Shown one piece after another: positions 8,395-18,378 of a stretch of 64,000 nucleotides of DNA. A program made the position numbers and the translations under genes. The stretch covers positions 8,558 to 72,557 of the forward strand of contig JAAYAL010000025.1 in the NCBI GenBank assembly GCA_012719395.1. Reading direction: 5' to 3'. This DNA is from Gaiellales bacterium (lineage in GTDB: Bacteria; Actinomycetota; Thermoleophilia; RBG-16-64-13). A model generated the notes under the pieces. That model was not told the DNA's origin, made no database searches, and saw nothing but the letters and a program-made list of their open reading frames with translations. How positions within the stretch are numbered: the first letter of the stretch is position 1; every line of letters starts with the position of its first letter.

Positions 8395-9705
8395 TCAATT
8401 GCTGACGCCTTGGCCGATATCGATCAGGGCACCATCCTCTGCAAAGCTGTAGAGCGTCGCCGTATCCTTTTCGTCCGCAGTAATGACGGTGAACGTGCGG
8501 GCAGCGTCCGGATAGTTGGTATTGTTATCTATCCAAGTTCCCGTGTTGATGTAGTAGGCTCCGTCGCCGATGTTCCGTAATGCCGGTACATGAGTGTGAC
8601 CAAACACGATGATGTCCACAGTTTCATCCGGATTGTCAATATACTGCGCCTTGGCTTGTGCAAAGAAGTAGTCCCAATTCAGCGTGCCGGATACCGCCTC
8701 GATAAAGGTGTTGTGAACCTTGACGTTATTGAGCTTCTGCCGCGCGTCCCATGTGCGCTGAATATGTTGGAACAACACGGGCGCCGATATTGTTCCGTCC
8801 GCCTGCTCGGCCGGGAAGAAATCGAGGTACGTGTAAGCGTCGTCAAAACCCGCGATATGCATATCGAAAATCTTCTCATCAAGACTTTCGTTGGGCGTCA
8901 CTCGCTCTGAAATGCTCTTGAGAACCGAGTAATAGATGTAAGCGCCGTACTGATCCGTATCCGTGTGATCCGGCACATTTGCAACCGCCGGCAGCTCCTT
9001 TGCCACTTCTGGATGGCCTTGCAGCACCCATGTGGCGGCATATCGGGCATAAAAATACCCGGCCGGAAGAATCGTATCGTCGTTGCCGCACAGTTTCGCG
9101 TTGGAAACCGTATCCGGCGCGGAAAACACATCGTAACGATGACCGTGCTCGATCACAATTTCGTTTCTGTCGCCCGTATAGTAGGCGCCAAGTCCTTTGG
9201 CGTCCGTTGCCTGCTCAATGTTCGGGATAGCTTGCTGCAGGATTTCCTTTTCCAGCGTCATATCGTGGTTGCCAATTACGTAGACAAGTTTGATGCCGCT
9301 GTCTGCAACGCTGTTCATCTCGTCGATAACGACCTGGTTATTCGCGATCACTTGCCTGTAAAACTGTTCCTCATCGGTATAGGACGTATAAGAGACGGGC
9401 AAAAACCATGCGTCCAAGAAATCACCCGCAATTACCAGTTCGCGCACATCCTTCGTATTCTGCAACCTCTTCAAGAACTCAACAAGCAGCGCACGGTTGG
9501 TCACTGTTTCACTATAGCTGTCAGCAATGCCCAAATGGAGGTCGCTTATAACGACGATCCTATTTCTTTCAGCGCCTGCTTCCCACAAGGGCGTCGCCGC
9601 CTCCGGCGTACTGGTTTGCGCCGCACATCCTGTGGCGAGCAGCGCGAGAGAGACTACTATGCTGCATGCCAGCATGAGAGACAGAAGCTTTTGTTTCATG
9701 TTCAC
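8395..9705 (-). CDS. calcineurin-like metallophosphoesterase lipoprotein
   Basis: Signal peptide plus lipobox 'LLATGC'. 'GDFLDAW', 'GNHD', 'GHRYD', 'GHTH' phosphoesterase motifs. GC about 48% versus about 68% for the flanks. Confidence 0.75.
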   Translation of the reverse strand: MNMKQKLLSLMLACSIVVSLALLATGCAAQTSTPEAATPLWEAGAERNRIVVISDLHLGIADSYSETVTNRALLVEFLKRLQNTKDVRELVIAGDFLDAWFLPVSYTSYTDEEQFYRQVIANNQVVIDEMNSVADSGIKLVYVIGNHDMTLEKEILQQAIPNIEQATDAKGLGAYYTGDRNEIVIEHGHRYDVFSAPDTVSNAKLCGNDDTILPAGYFYARYAATWVLQGHPEVAKELPAVANVPDHTDTDQYGAYIYYSVLKSISERVTPNESLDEKIFDMHIAGFDDAYTYLDFFPAEQADGTISAPVLFQHIQRTWDARQKLNNVKVHNTFIEAVSGTLNWDYFFAQAKAQYIDNPDETVDIIVFGHTHVPALRNIGDGAYYINTGTWIDNNTNYPDAARTFTVITADEKDTATLYSFAEDGALIDIGQGVSN

Positions 9706-10872
9706 GTGCTCCTAGTATGCCTTGGATGGTTTAGCTGCGCTTTTCGGCCACTCACATTCGCCCGCATTCCAAGCGCGGGGCTTGTGCAAATGAAGACAAG
9801 CGTACCGCATGCCGGGAGGTGTGTTCCGCGCTGGCGTGCGGGGCAAGGGCGTGTACGTTCCGGGCACGGCGTCCTTTCTAGCATATGGCGTCGATGGACA
9901 ATTGGTTGGCGCCCAAGGATACCCGGATGATTTCTATCCCGGCTTGCTGTTCGCGCAAGCGGGGAATAGCTTGCCGGTCGACACACGGAAGCGGGCAACT
10001 CCACCTCAGGGTGTTGGCCTCAAGCTTGGATCGCCGAAGTAGATCCGGCCGGCGGAAGCGCCAAATAGGTTGCTCTTGTATGAGCCGCACCGCCGGCCAC
10101 GACAGCGGCTCGCGATTGGATGGCGGAGTCTGATTCCGTGAGTCTGCTCTGCCGCGTTCCTTCCCGGCAACGTATCGCTGCCGCGCTCTGCTACGGCGCC
10201 GACTCCTCGGTTGCCGATGTGGCGAGGGCCATGGGCTCTCGGAGGGTTCCGTCAACAGTCATTTGCATCGAGCGCGCCCCGCTCTGCCCGGACTCCTGGA
10301 GGAGACGTGATGGGCACCAGACAAACCGACGAGCGGATAGGGAACGTCTACAGTCAGAACGAGGCTCCCGCCGATGTGGAGGCGTTCCCGTCACAGCTTG
10401 CGCTTCGTGGCTTTGTCGGGCTCGCCGTCCTGTTGGAGATGCAAGCCCGCCGAGCGCACGAGGTGCCGCTGCCCTGGCCCCATTGGCTCCGAGGGCTGGG
10501 GGGCAGCGTTCGAGGGGGGTGTTCCTCGCGAGTGCCTTCGCATGCGCTTTGTTGGGAAATGGGGCCCCGGCATTGGCGGACCTGCTCGGCAACATATCGA
10601 CTGAGTCGGGCCCAGATGGTTACCCTCGTCATTCGCGCGGGCACGCTCCACCACTTACCCGACGTGGGAGCCCCTCCAGATGGTTTCGTGTCAACCTTGG
10701 GCAACTTCGATCCGGCTCACGCGGCAGCCGAGTGGGCGCAAGGCACCCAAAGGCTGTTGTGGACGGAGGAGGCCATCAACTGCCGCCTGCCCCGCACCAT
10801 GTGTGCGACACTTCTGCCTCGTATGTCGCACCGTGGATAGAGGTACTGCATCGTGCAACCGGGAGGAAGGCT

Positions 10873-13132
10873 CATGGCAACGCGCCGGGTGACCAAGACG
10901 CGTCAGACTGGAACGGCGAAAGCTCCGAAGGACAGGCCGGGCCGCGCGATCTTGGAGGCGGCGCTGGTGGCAGGCCAGACCTCGCTGGATGAGGCAGAAG
11001 CCAAGGCCCTGTTCGCCGCCTACGGCATCCCCGTGGTGCGGGGGCGTGTGGTGCAGAGCGCCGAGGAAGCCGTGCAGGCTGCAGGGGAACTGGGCTATCC
11101 CGTGGTGCTGAAGGGTGCCTCGCGCGAGGTGCAGCACAAGAGCGATGCGGGCCTGGTGCTACTGGATATTGCCGATGGCGCGGCCACGCGCGGCGGCTAT
11201 GAGACCCTCACACATCGAGCCACAGTCGCGCTGGAGGGCGTCCTGGTGGAGGAGATGATCCGGGGCGGCCGGGAGTTCGTCATTGGCATGAACCGGGACA
11301 CGCAGTTCGGCCCCGTGGTGATGTTCGGCTTGGGCGGGGTGTTGACCGAGGCGCTGCAGGACGTGGTATTTGGTGTGGCGCCGCTGAGCGAGCGCGAGGC
11401 GGAAGAGCTGTTGGACGAGATCCGTGCCGCCAAGCTGCTGGGGGAGTTCCGCGGCTCCCCGGCCGTGGATCGCCGGGTGTTGGTGGAGACACTGATCGCC
11501 GTGGGCCGCATGGCGCTGGACCATCCCGAGATCCGCGAGATTGACGTCAACCCCATGCTGGTGGAGGGTTCCCGACCGGTGGCGGTGGACGCGCTGGTTT
11601 CGCTGAGTGTGCCCGATCTCGAGCCGGCGCCTCGTTTGCCCATAGACCTCAAGGCCCTCGATGCCGTCTTCTACCCCAACAGCGTGGCCGTCATCGGCTC
11701 CTCCAACGACGTGGCCAAGTGGGGCGGTGTCATCACCATCAACATCATCTCTGGTGGCTTCCCAGGACCTGTCTATCCCATCAACCCTCGCTACACGGAT
11801 GTCTTCGGGCGGGCGGCCTACGCCAGTCTGGCCGACGTGCCCCAAGTGCCGGACCTGGCCATCATCGCCGTGCCCGCGGCGGCCGTGAAGCAGGCGGTGG
11901 AGGATTGCGGCCGGGCCGGCGTCAAGGCCGTGGTGGTGGTGAGCGGGGGCTTCTCTGAGTCGGGGCCGGCGGGCGCCAGGCTGGAGCGCGAGGTGGCGGA
12001 GGTGGTGTCGGGCTACGGCATGGCCATGATCGGGCCCAACTGCGTGGGGGTGATGTCCTCCTGGCGGCGCTTCTACGGGACGGGTGGCGTCATTACGCAG
12101 CCGGGGCCGGGTCCGGCCGGCTTCCTCTCGCACTCGGGGAACATGGGCGTGCAGCTCATGGCCTCGGCCGAGGAGCGAAGCGGGGGCGTGGGCAAGTTTG
12201 CCGGCATAGGCAACGAGGCGCTGTACACCGCCACTGACCTGCTGGAGTACTTCTGCGACGACCCGCAGACCGGCCTCATTCTGGACTACGTGGAGGGCTT
12301 GGACGACGGTCGCCGCTTCATGGAGGCGGCACGGCGGGCGGCGCTGAAGAAACCACTGATAGTGCTGCGTGGCGGCGCCAGCGAGTACGGGGCCAAGGCC
12401 GCCGCCTCGCACACCGGGGCCATGGCCGGCTCGCAGCGGGTGTTCGAGGCGGTGGTGCGGCAGTGCGGCGTCATCGCCACCACCGATCCCGATGAGTTCA
12501 TCGACCTGGCCTTCGCCCTCTCCTACCTGCCGCTGCCCAAGGGCCGCCGCGTGGCCGTGGTGACCATGGGCGGCGGCTGGGGCGTGGTGGCGGCGGATGA
12601 GATCTCCCGCAGCGGGCTGGAGCTGGCCGAGCTTCCGCCCAACGTTATCGCCGACATCGACGCCGTGCTCCCGCCCTACTGGAGCCGCAGCAACCCCGTG
12701 GACCTGGTGGGCAGCATCAAGGAGGGGGCGCCGGAGCGGGCCATCGAGACGGTGGTGCGTTCCGAGGCTGTGGATGCCGTGGTCGTTCTGGGCGTGATCG
12801 GCATGGTGACCTCGCCGCTGCGGGTCATCGACGAGGTCAAGCGCGTGCAGGAGCGTTCCGGCCTCTACGTGGGCGCCAACCTGCCAGACCCTGAGAAGTA
12901 TCGCTTCCGCGAAGGCGACTTCGTCAAGTGGGTGGCCGAGCTCATGCGCGCCTACCGCAAGCCCATCGTCAATGTCTCCGTGCGGCCCATTCAGCGCGCG
13001 GTCTTCGGTGAGGGCGGGCCCTTTGCCACGGTGGTGTTGCCCTCGCCCCTGCGCTCCGTGCGGGTGCTGAGTCACATGGCCACCTACCACGCCTTTCTAG
13101 AACGTCAGGGCGTGGCGCGGCCGGGTGAGTGA
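10873..13132 (+). CDS. acd: acetyl-CoA synthetase (ADP-forming), fused ATP-grasp (N-terminal) + CoA-binding/ligase-CoA domains
   Basis: ATG 10873 after GGGAGGAAGG. N-terminal ATP-grasp_5-like region, then 'VAVIGSS...GPNCVG' CoA-binding and Succ_CoA_lig-like regions. Confidence 0.85.
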
Positions 13133-13140
13133 GGGATGGC

Positions 13141-14463
13141 ATGAGTGAGGAGATCGACGGCCGCGGTTGGCCGCTCCTGGACTGGGCGCCCGCCCCGGCT
13201 CCGGAAGTGGTGGCGCGGGGCATCCGGTCGGCGGGGGGAAGGGTCACCTTCGCCTGCTTCATGGAAATGGCGCTCACTCACCCGGCTGTCGGCTACTACA
13301 CGCAGGCGCGCTCGCCGTTGGGCGCCGCCGGTGACTTCATCACCGTGCCGCAGAGGGTCCCGTTCTTCAATCGAGTCTTGGGCCGCCTCTTGGCCGAGTT
13401 GCTGGGAGGCGCAGCGGCGTTGCCGACGGCAGGCGGTGAGGCGCGTCTCGTGGAGGTGGGAGCGGGAGAGGGGCACATGGCCGCCGGCCTGCTCGACTTC
13501 TTTGAGGACGAGGCCCCTGCCTTGAAAGAGATTCTTCGCTGCCAGCTGGTGGAGCCGGGATCGTATCTGCGTGAGGCGCAGCGTGCGAGGTTGGCGCAGG
13601 CTCAATCCCGGAGCTGGCGGGTGGAATGGCCGCAGGTGGGGCAATCGCCGGCATCGGGCCACGATGCACGGGCGGAGCTTCTGCCCCCAGGAGGCCCCGG
13701 AGTGGTGGTGACCAACGAGTTGCTGGATGCGCTCCCCGTTCACCTGCTTCATGTGGGCGACGAAGTGCCGCTCGAAGCCTGGGTGCAGCTTCAGGAAGGG
13801 GAATCGGGACCGGAAGTGGCCGTGGTATGGCGTGAGCCTTGCGCGGCGGCGTCGGCCGAGCTGCAGGCGGTGCTGGAGCAGACGGGCCGGCCCGACCCTC
13901 GGTCCCTCAGCCGCGACGGGTTCATCGAGCTCCGTCCGGCCGTGGGTGACTTCTTGGAAGGCGCCGCTCGGAGACTGGGCGCGGGCTTCGTCGTCACCAT
14001 CGACTACGGCGCCTGGCGTGGCCACCCGTACTCAGCCGCGTCCACCGAGGCGCGGCCCGCCGACGCCTGGACGGACGGCCGGGAGCCGGCGGATACCCAA
14101 GCCGGCACCTGTCGGCCACAGCTCCACGAGCTCACTCTGCGCGGTTATTTCCGGCACGAGCGCCGCTTCGATCCCCTCTCTCACGCGGGCCGGCAGGACC
14201 TGACCGCGGACGTGGATTTCGCCGCGCTCGACTTCCACGGCCGGCGACTCGGCTTCCAGACACTGCTCTTCCTGGACCTTGCCTCCTTCCTTGCGGCGGG
14301 TGGAGCGGCTACCGAAGCTGACCGGCTGCGAAGCTTGGTGGGTGGGGAGGATGCGCTGGAGGTGGACGCATCGGCATCGTTGTTGGAGGCCCTGCTTGAC
14401 CCTGCAGACGTGGGGGGGTTGTTCAAGGTGATGGTGCAGGTCCGCGAAGAAGCGGATTTGTGA
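13141..14463 (+). CDS. class I SAM-dependent methyltransferase, DUF185/MidA (NDUFAF7-like)
   Basis: 'FACFMEMALTHPAVGYYT...FITVP' and 'LVEVGAGEG' motifs. Start overlaps or abuts the acd stop. Confidence 0.75.
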   Translation: MSEEIDGRGWPLLDWAPAPAPEVVARGIRSAGGRVTFACFMEMALTHPAVGYYTQARSPLGAAGDFITVPQRVPFFNRVLGRLLAELLGGAAALPTAGGEARLVEVGAGEGHMAAGLLDFFEDEAPALKEILRCQLVEPGSYLREAQRARLAQAQSRSWRVEWPQVGQSPASGHDARAELLPPGGPGVVVTNELLDALPVHLLHVGDEVPLEAWVQLQEGESGPEVAVVWREPCAAASAELQAVLEQTGRPDPRSLSRDGFIELRPAVGDFLEGAARRLGAGFVVTIDYGAWRGHPYSAASTEARPADAWTDGREPADTQAGTCRPQLHELTLRGYFRHERRFDPLSHAGRQDLTADVDFAALDFHGRRLGFQTLLFLDLASFLAAGGAATEADRLRSLVGGEDALEVDASASLLEALLDPADVGGLFKVMVQVREEADL

Positions 14464-14687
14464 CGGAGGGTCGTTGCTCCGGTAGAGCAGAGGCTATGAG
14501 GTATACTCGGTGAGCCCGAAGCGTGGTGGACTTTCTGGTTCCTCCGCCATGATCACAGGGCCTCGCGACGCGTAGCATGTGCCGCCGGGTGCAGAGCCTC
14601 GCTCCGCGCGCCGAGCATCCCGCCCGAGTCGCATGGTGGGACTGCCACCGCAATGCCCTCGGCCGCGTGGCCTGCGCCAACGGCCGG

Positions 14688-15080
14688 TCAGTCCGGGGGT
14701 ACGTATCCCAAGTCCGTGCGTTGGTGGGCCAGGCGCGGGCGGAGCACTTGTTCGCGGATCATGGCGGCCAGCTCATGTGGGTCGGCGAGCATGCAGTAGT
14801 AGTCGGATCCGTCCTTGATCCTGAGAACGATGCACCTCTCTTCCAGGTCCACGTCATCGATGGAGGAGAGGGGTACCACATCCGGCATGTCCGTGCCCAT
14901 ACCGATGAGCACGGCCTCGGTCGTCAATTGGATCTCGCCGTTGTCCCACAGCACGCGTTCCTCCGCTGTGCCGCCCTGGAGCCCCGTGTCCTTGAGCTGC
15001 CTGAGGTTGGCCCCGCATTCGTGGCAGAAAATCTCGCTGTCGGCATTCTCGGTACCGCAGTTGTAGCAGGTCTTGCCCAT
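14688..15080 (-). CDS. zinc-ribbon domain protein with C-terminal PH-like (bPH) domain
   Basis: 'CYNCGTENADSEIFCHECG' zinc ribbon. ATG 15080 preceded by GGGGAGGGGG. The upstream part of the 409-aa ORF is compositionally junk. Confidence 0.55.
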   Translation of the reverse strand: MGKTCYNCGTENADSEIFCHECGANLRQLKDTGLQGGTAEERVLWDNGEIQLTTEAVLIGMGTDMPDVVPLSSIDDVDLEERCIVLRIKDGSDYYCMLADPHELAAMIREQVLRPRLAHQRTDLGYVPPD

Positions 15081-15204
15081 AACGCCCCCTCCCCGCAGGC
15101 TGTCGTCGGTCCACTCCGTACCGGCTATATACCCGTTCCGTCGCCGCAGCCAACACCCGGCCGCCTCGCGGCTCAGCAGGGGGCCATCGCCACGGCAGCT
15201 CTCA

Positions 15205-15539
15205 CTACGGCAGGTTGTAGTACATGCCGCGGACCATCTCCGTCCCGTACTTCTTTTCCAAGCGCTTGATGGTGAAATGCCTCTCCGCCATCTCCTGCGG
15301 GTAGAACTGTGCCTCATGGTGAGCATGGGGAGCTCCAGGCCCTTGCGTAGCGCCACCTCAGCCGATGCTGTCACTGCCCTGTGCACGGGCTTGGGCAGCC
15401 GCTTGTAGCCCGCCCCAATCGGCCGGCCCAAGAAGCTCGAGACCCAGGCGGCCGGGCTGGGATACTCCAGTCTGCGTTTGGCCGCCGCCAGTGCCCGGAG
15501 GTCTTCCTCGGCGAAGGATGAAGGGCAAACGACCGGCAT
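15205..15539 (-). pseudogene. small ORF with an apparent -1 frameshift at a G4/C4 homopolymer (15327-15330)
   Basis: ATG 15539 with GAGGTG RBS gives a protein-like N-terminal part. A protein-like C-terminal part 'EAQFYPQEMAERHFTIKRLEKKYGTEMVRGMYYNLP*' sits in the -1 frame. Total length is 3N-1. Confidence 0.3.
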
Positions 15540-15710
15540 GATGTTCACCTCGCGAGCCGTGCTCCCCGCGTACGTCCGTGAGGTGCTTTGCCCGTTCATT
15601 GCATGCGATCTATGCGGGGATGGCCGGGCGCCGCGGGAACGCTTGTGTGCTCCGGCGTCGTCTATGGCCCGTGCTATGCTGAGGGCGTTGGGTGCACACA
15701 GGAGGCATGC

Positions 15711-16298
15711 GTGGATTTCCTGACTGCACTTGGTCTGTCCATTCCTGCAGGGCTCAATGCGTACATCCCGTTGCTGATGGTGGCGGTCGCCCAGCATTTC
15801 GCCTGGTTGGAGCTGCGGGCTCCCTTCGATGCGCTTGGCTCGTGGTGGGTCATTGCCATCATCTCCGTTCTGCTGGTGATCGAAGTGGTCGCGGACAAAG
15901 TGCCCGCGGTTGACCATGTGAACGACATTGTGCAGACGGTCGTGCGGCCCGCGGCCGGCGGGGTGGTGGCTGTGGCCGGCTCTGGAAGCTCATCCGGGGT
16001 GAGTCCCTGGTTGCTCGTGGTGGCCGGCGTGCTGTTGGCAGGCAGCGTGCACGCCGCCAAGGCCACGGTGCGGCCCGTGGTGAACCTGACCACGGCGGGG
16101 GTGGGAGCTCCGGTGGTGAGTACGGCGGAGGATGTCGGCGCAGTTGCTCTTTCCGCCACGGCGGTTGCTGTGCCCATTCTGGTGATCGTTGTGTTGGCCG
16201 GTGTCGCCTATCTGCTGTGGTGGCTGTGGCGCCGGCAGCCCGGGAGTCGGGGAGACCAGACAGACTCCAGACACTCTCACGAGCCGGGCAGCACCTGA
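15711..16298 (+). CDS. DUF4126 membrane protein
   Basis: GTG 15711 six nt after GGAGG. 'GLNAYIPLL...VVADKVPAVDHVNDIVQTVVRPAAGG' family signature. Multiple TM segments. Confidence 0.7.
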   Translation: MDFLTALGLSIPAGLNAYIPLLMVAVAQHFAWLELRAPFDALGSWWVIAIISVLLVIEVVADKVPAVDHVNDIVQTVVRPAAGGVVAVAGSGSSSGVSPWLLVVAGVLLAGSVHAAKATVRPVVNLTTAGVGAPVVSTAEDVGAVALSATAVAVPILVIVVLAGVAYLLWWLWRRQPGSRGDQTDSRHSHEPGST

Positions 16299-16370
16299 GC
16301 GCACCGCAGGCGCGCATCGCAAGCGCACCGTCCGCGTAGGACTGCGGCCGGGGGCTCTCCCCCCAGAGAG

Positions 16371-16988
16371 CTACCGTATCTGTCCGCGAATGGCCCCGTC
16401 CGGGTAAGAGGTGTTGCCCACGCTGCAGTAGGCGCCGCCTGACTGGAGGAGGGTGATGAGATCCGCGATGCTCTTGCCCTCCAGCCGCCCCATGAGGTCG
16501 GCCACGCTGATCTCGCCTTCGGCTACCTTCCCCGTGAAGGCGTTCTCAATGGTGGGCCCGTCGAAGAGCAGCGCCACGGCTTCACCGTTACTCCCGGGTG
16601 CGCCTTCACAGATGTAGGCCGAACTGGTGTTGATGAGGCCGGCCACCTCCAAGACGAAGCTCACGGTGGATTCTGCCGGGTCCACGTCCAGGCTCAGCAG
16701 GCCGGTGGAGGCGGTATCCACCGGAGGGACATTGTCGGCTCCGGTGAGCTCGGCGGTGTGCGTGGCTCTGAGCGTGGTGGTCGGGCCGGCCCCGGGAGAG
16801 GTGCTGGAGGTGGTGGCGTCGCCGGGCGCCTCTCCGCATCCCGGCCGTACCACGAGCAGCACAATGAGGAGGATCACGAGGAGCCCCACGAGCGTGAGGA
16901 ACACCAAGCGGCGCCGGCGCACCTGTTGCGCCCGAAGACGGCGTGCTTGTTCTCGAGCGATGGGGTCGCGTGGCGGCAGGCCGGCCAT
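16371..16988 (-). CDS. CHRD domain protein with N-terminal TM anchor
   Basis: Signal-anchor 'LVFLTLVGLLVILLIVLLVV'. C-terminal 'GEAVALLFDG...GKVAEGEIS...DLITLLQSGGAYCSVGNTSYPDGAIRGQI' CHRD-like. Confidence 0.6.
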   Translation of the reverse strand: MAGLPPRDPIAREQARRLRAQQVRRRRLVFLTLVGLLVILLIVLLVVRPGCGEAPGDATTSSTSPGAGPTTTLRATHTAELTGADNVPPVDTASTGLLSLDVDPAESTVSFVLEVAGLINTSSAYICEGAPGSNGEAVALLFDGPTIENAFTGKVAEGEISVADLMGRLEGKSIADLITLLQSGGAYCSVGNTSYPDGAIRGQIR

Positions 16989-17208
16989 CCGAATAGCCTC
17001 CCAGGTCGATTGGTGAGTTGGTACGCCCTTCGAATACAGTCTACGTATACCCCCTTCTCCGTCGGGTGACGTTCTTCCTGCACACACGCCGGGGCTTTGT
17101 GCCGGACGAGGGGCGGGAGCCCACTGGTATAATGAGCGCAGCCCGGAGGAAGGCGTTCCTGCCGGCGCGCGCGGTCCCATCCCTTGGATTCTGTGGAGGT
17201 TCCCCTTC

Positions 17209-18270
17209 TTGCGTCCGGTACGTCGTGGCAATCGAGGCAGTGAAGTGCTGGACATCCAAACCCGGCTGCAGGCGCTTGGCTACCGTCCGGGCCAGGAAGG
17301 GATTGACGGGGTGTTCGGTCCACAGACGGAGAGGGCTGTGCGTGCCTTCCAGCAGCAGCGGCTGATCCTGGTGGACGGGATCGTGGGTGAGAACACCTGG
17401 ATGGAACTTGTGGAAGCAGGGTATCGCTTGGGGGATCGGCTTCTGTACCTGCGGCAACCTTTCATGCGCGGTGATGATGTCTTGACCATCCAGCAGATCC
17501 TCAATGAGCTGGGCTTCGACTGCGGCCCGGAGGATGGCATCTTCAGGCAGCGGACTGAGGATGGCCTGATGGAATTCCAGCGCAACACGGGGCTCAACAC
17601 GGATGGCATGGTGGGGGAGGCCACCATCGCGCAACTCAAGCGTCTCAAGAAGTCGGCGCCGGAGGGGAAGAAGACCGTTCCCGACCGGCTCAACGGCTAC
17701 GTGGGGCACCATACCTGGGACGGTGTCGGTATCGTCATCGATCCGGACTGGGGAGACGCCGGCGCCGCCCGGGGCATCAACGGGCTGTTGGAGAAGGATG
17801 TCAACCTGGCGGTGGCTTTTGCACTGCAGGACTTGGTGGAGGACGCGGGAGCCAGTTGCCGGCTCCTCAGGCTGGATGATCATCCTACAGGCCTCTATGA
17901 GAAGCTGGAGATGGCTCAGGGGCTCTGCCCTCACCTGTTCGTGAGTATCGGGCACGGACGGGATCCCAACCCGGCCGTGCACGGTGCGGCGGCCTTCTAT
18001 TTCGCCCGGGAGTCCTACTTCTCCGAGTCGGGGCGAAGGCTGGCCGGCTACATGGTTGATTCGCTGGTCAGGGGGTTGGGAAGCCAAGACCTCCACGTCC
18101 ATGGCCGTAGCTACGCCTGCCTGCGGGAGCTGAACTGCGTCTCCGTGCGGGCGGAGCCGGGGTACATCACCAACCCGGAGGAGGGTCTGGCGTTGGCCAC
18201 GCCGGAGCGGGCCGCCGAAGAGGCTTCGTGCCTATTTGCCGGTATCCAAGCCTTCCTGCAGCGCCTCTAG
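17209..18270 (+). CDS. N-acetylmuramoyl-L-alanine amidase (Amidase_3) with two PG_binding_1 domains
   Basis: TTG 17209 ten nt after GGAGG. Two 'L..G......DG.FG..T..AV..FQ' repeats, then the amidase_3 core. Confidence 0.8.
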   Translation: MRPVRRGNRGSEVLDIQTRLQALGYRPGQEGIDGVFGPQTERAVRAFQQQRLILVDGIVGENTWMELVEAGYRLGDRLLYLRQPFMRGDDVLTIQQILNELGFDCGPEDGIFRQRTEDGLMEFQRNTGLNTDGMVGEATIAQLKRLKKSAPEGKKTVPDRLNGYVGHHTWDGVGIVIDPDWGDAGAARGINGLLEKDVNLAVAFALQDLVEDAGASCRLLRLDDHPTGLYEKLEMAQGLCPHLFVSIGHGRDPNPAVHGAAAFYFARESYFSESGRRLAGYMVDSLVRGLGSQDLHVHGRSYACLRELNCVSVRAEPGYITNPEEGLALATPERAAEEASCLFAGIQAFLQRL

Positions 18271-18378
18271 GGCGCAGCGGATGCAGGGTGCCGGTGCGTG
18301 GCGGCGAATCGGGGTTGTGCGGAAGAAGCGGACGCTGGTAGAATAGCTGTTTGAGTGGCTTGATGCTCGTGCTCGGGC

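Noticed and set aside
6948-10872. attR direct repeat of the tmRNA 3' end that would delimit the islet
   Set aside because: Looked by eye for ttcaattcccgccgcctcc-like copies and did not find one. A degenerate copy cannot be excluded without a computed alignment.
10120-10992. 290-aa plus-strand ORF in the gene-less spacer
   Set aside because: No motif. Arg/Gly/Ser-rich. Runs into the acd start region. Kept only as a possible decayed sequence in a finding.
11159-13090. 643-aa minus-strand ORF antisense to acd
   Set aside because: The sense strand is a confident acetyl-CoA synthetase. Antisense artefact.
14688-15917. 409-aa minus-strand ORF as a single gene
   Set aside because: Only the last 130 codons (zinc ribbon + PH-like) and a separate upstream stretch look protein-like. 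The middle is Arg/Ser/Trp-rich off-frame sequence. It was split into a zinc-ribbon gene plus a frameshifted small ORF.
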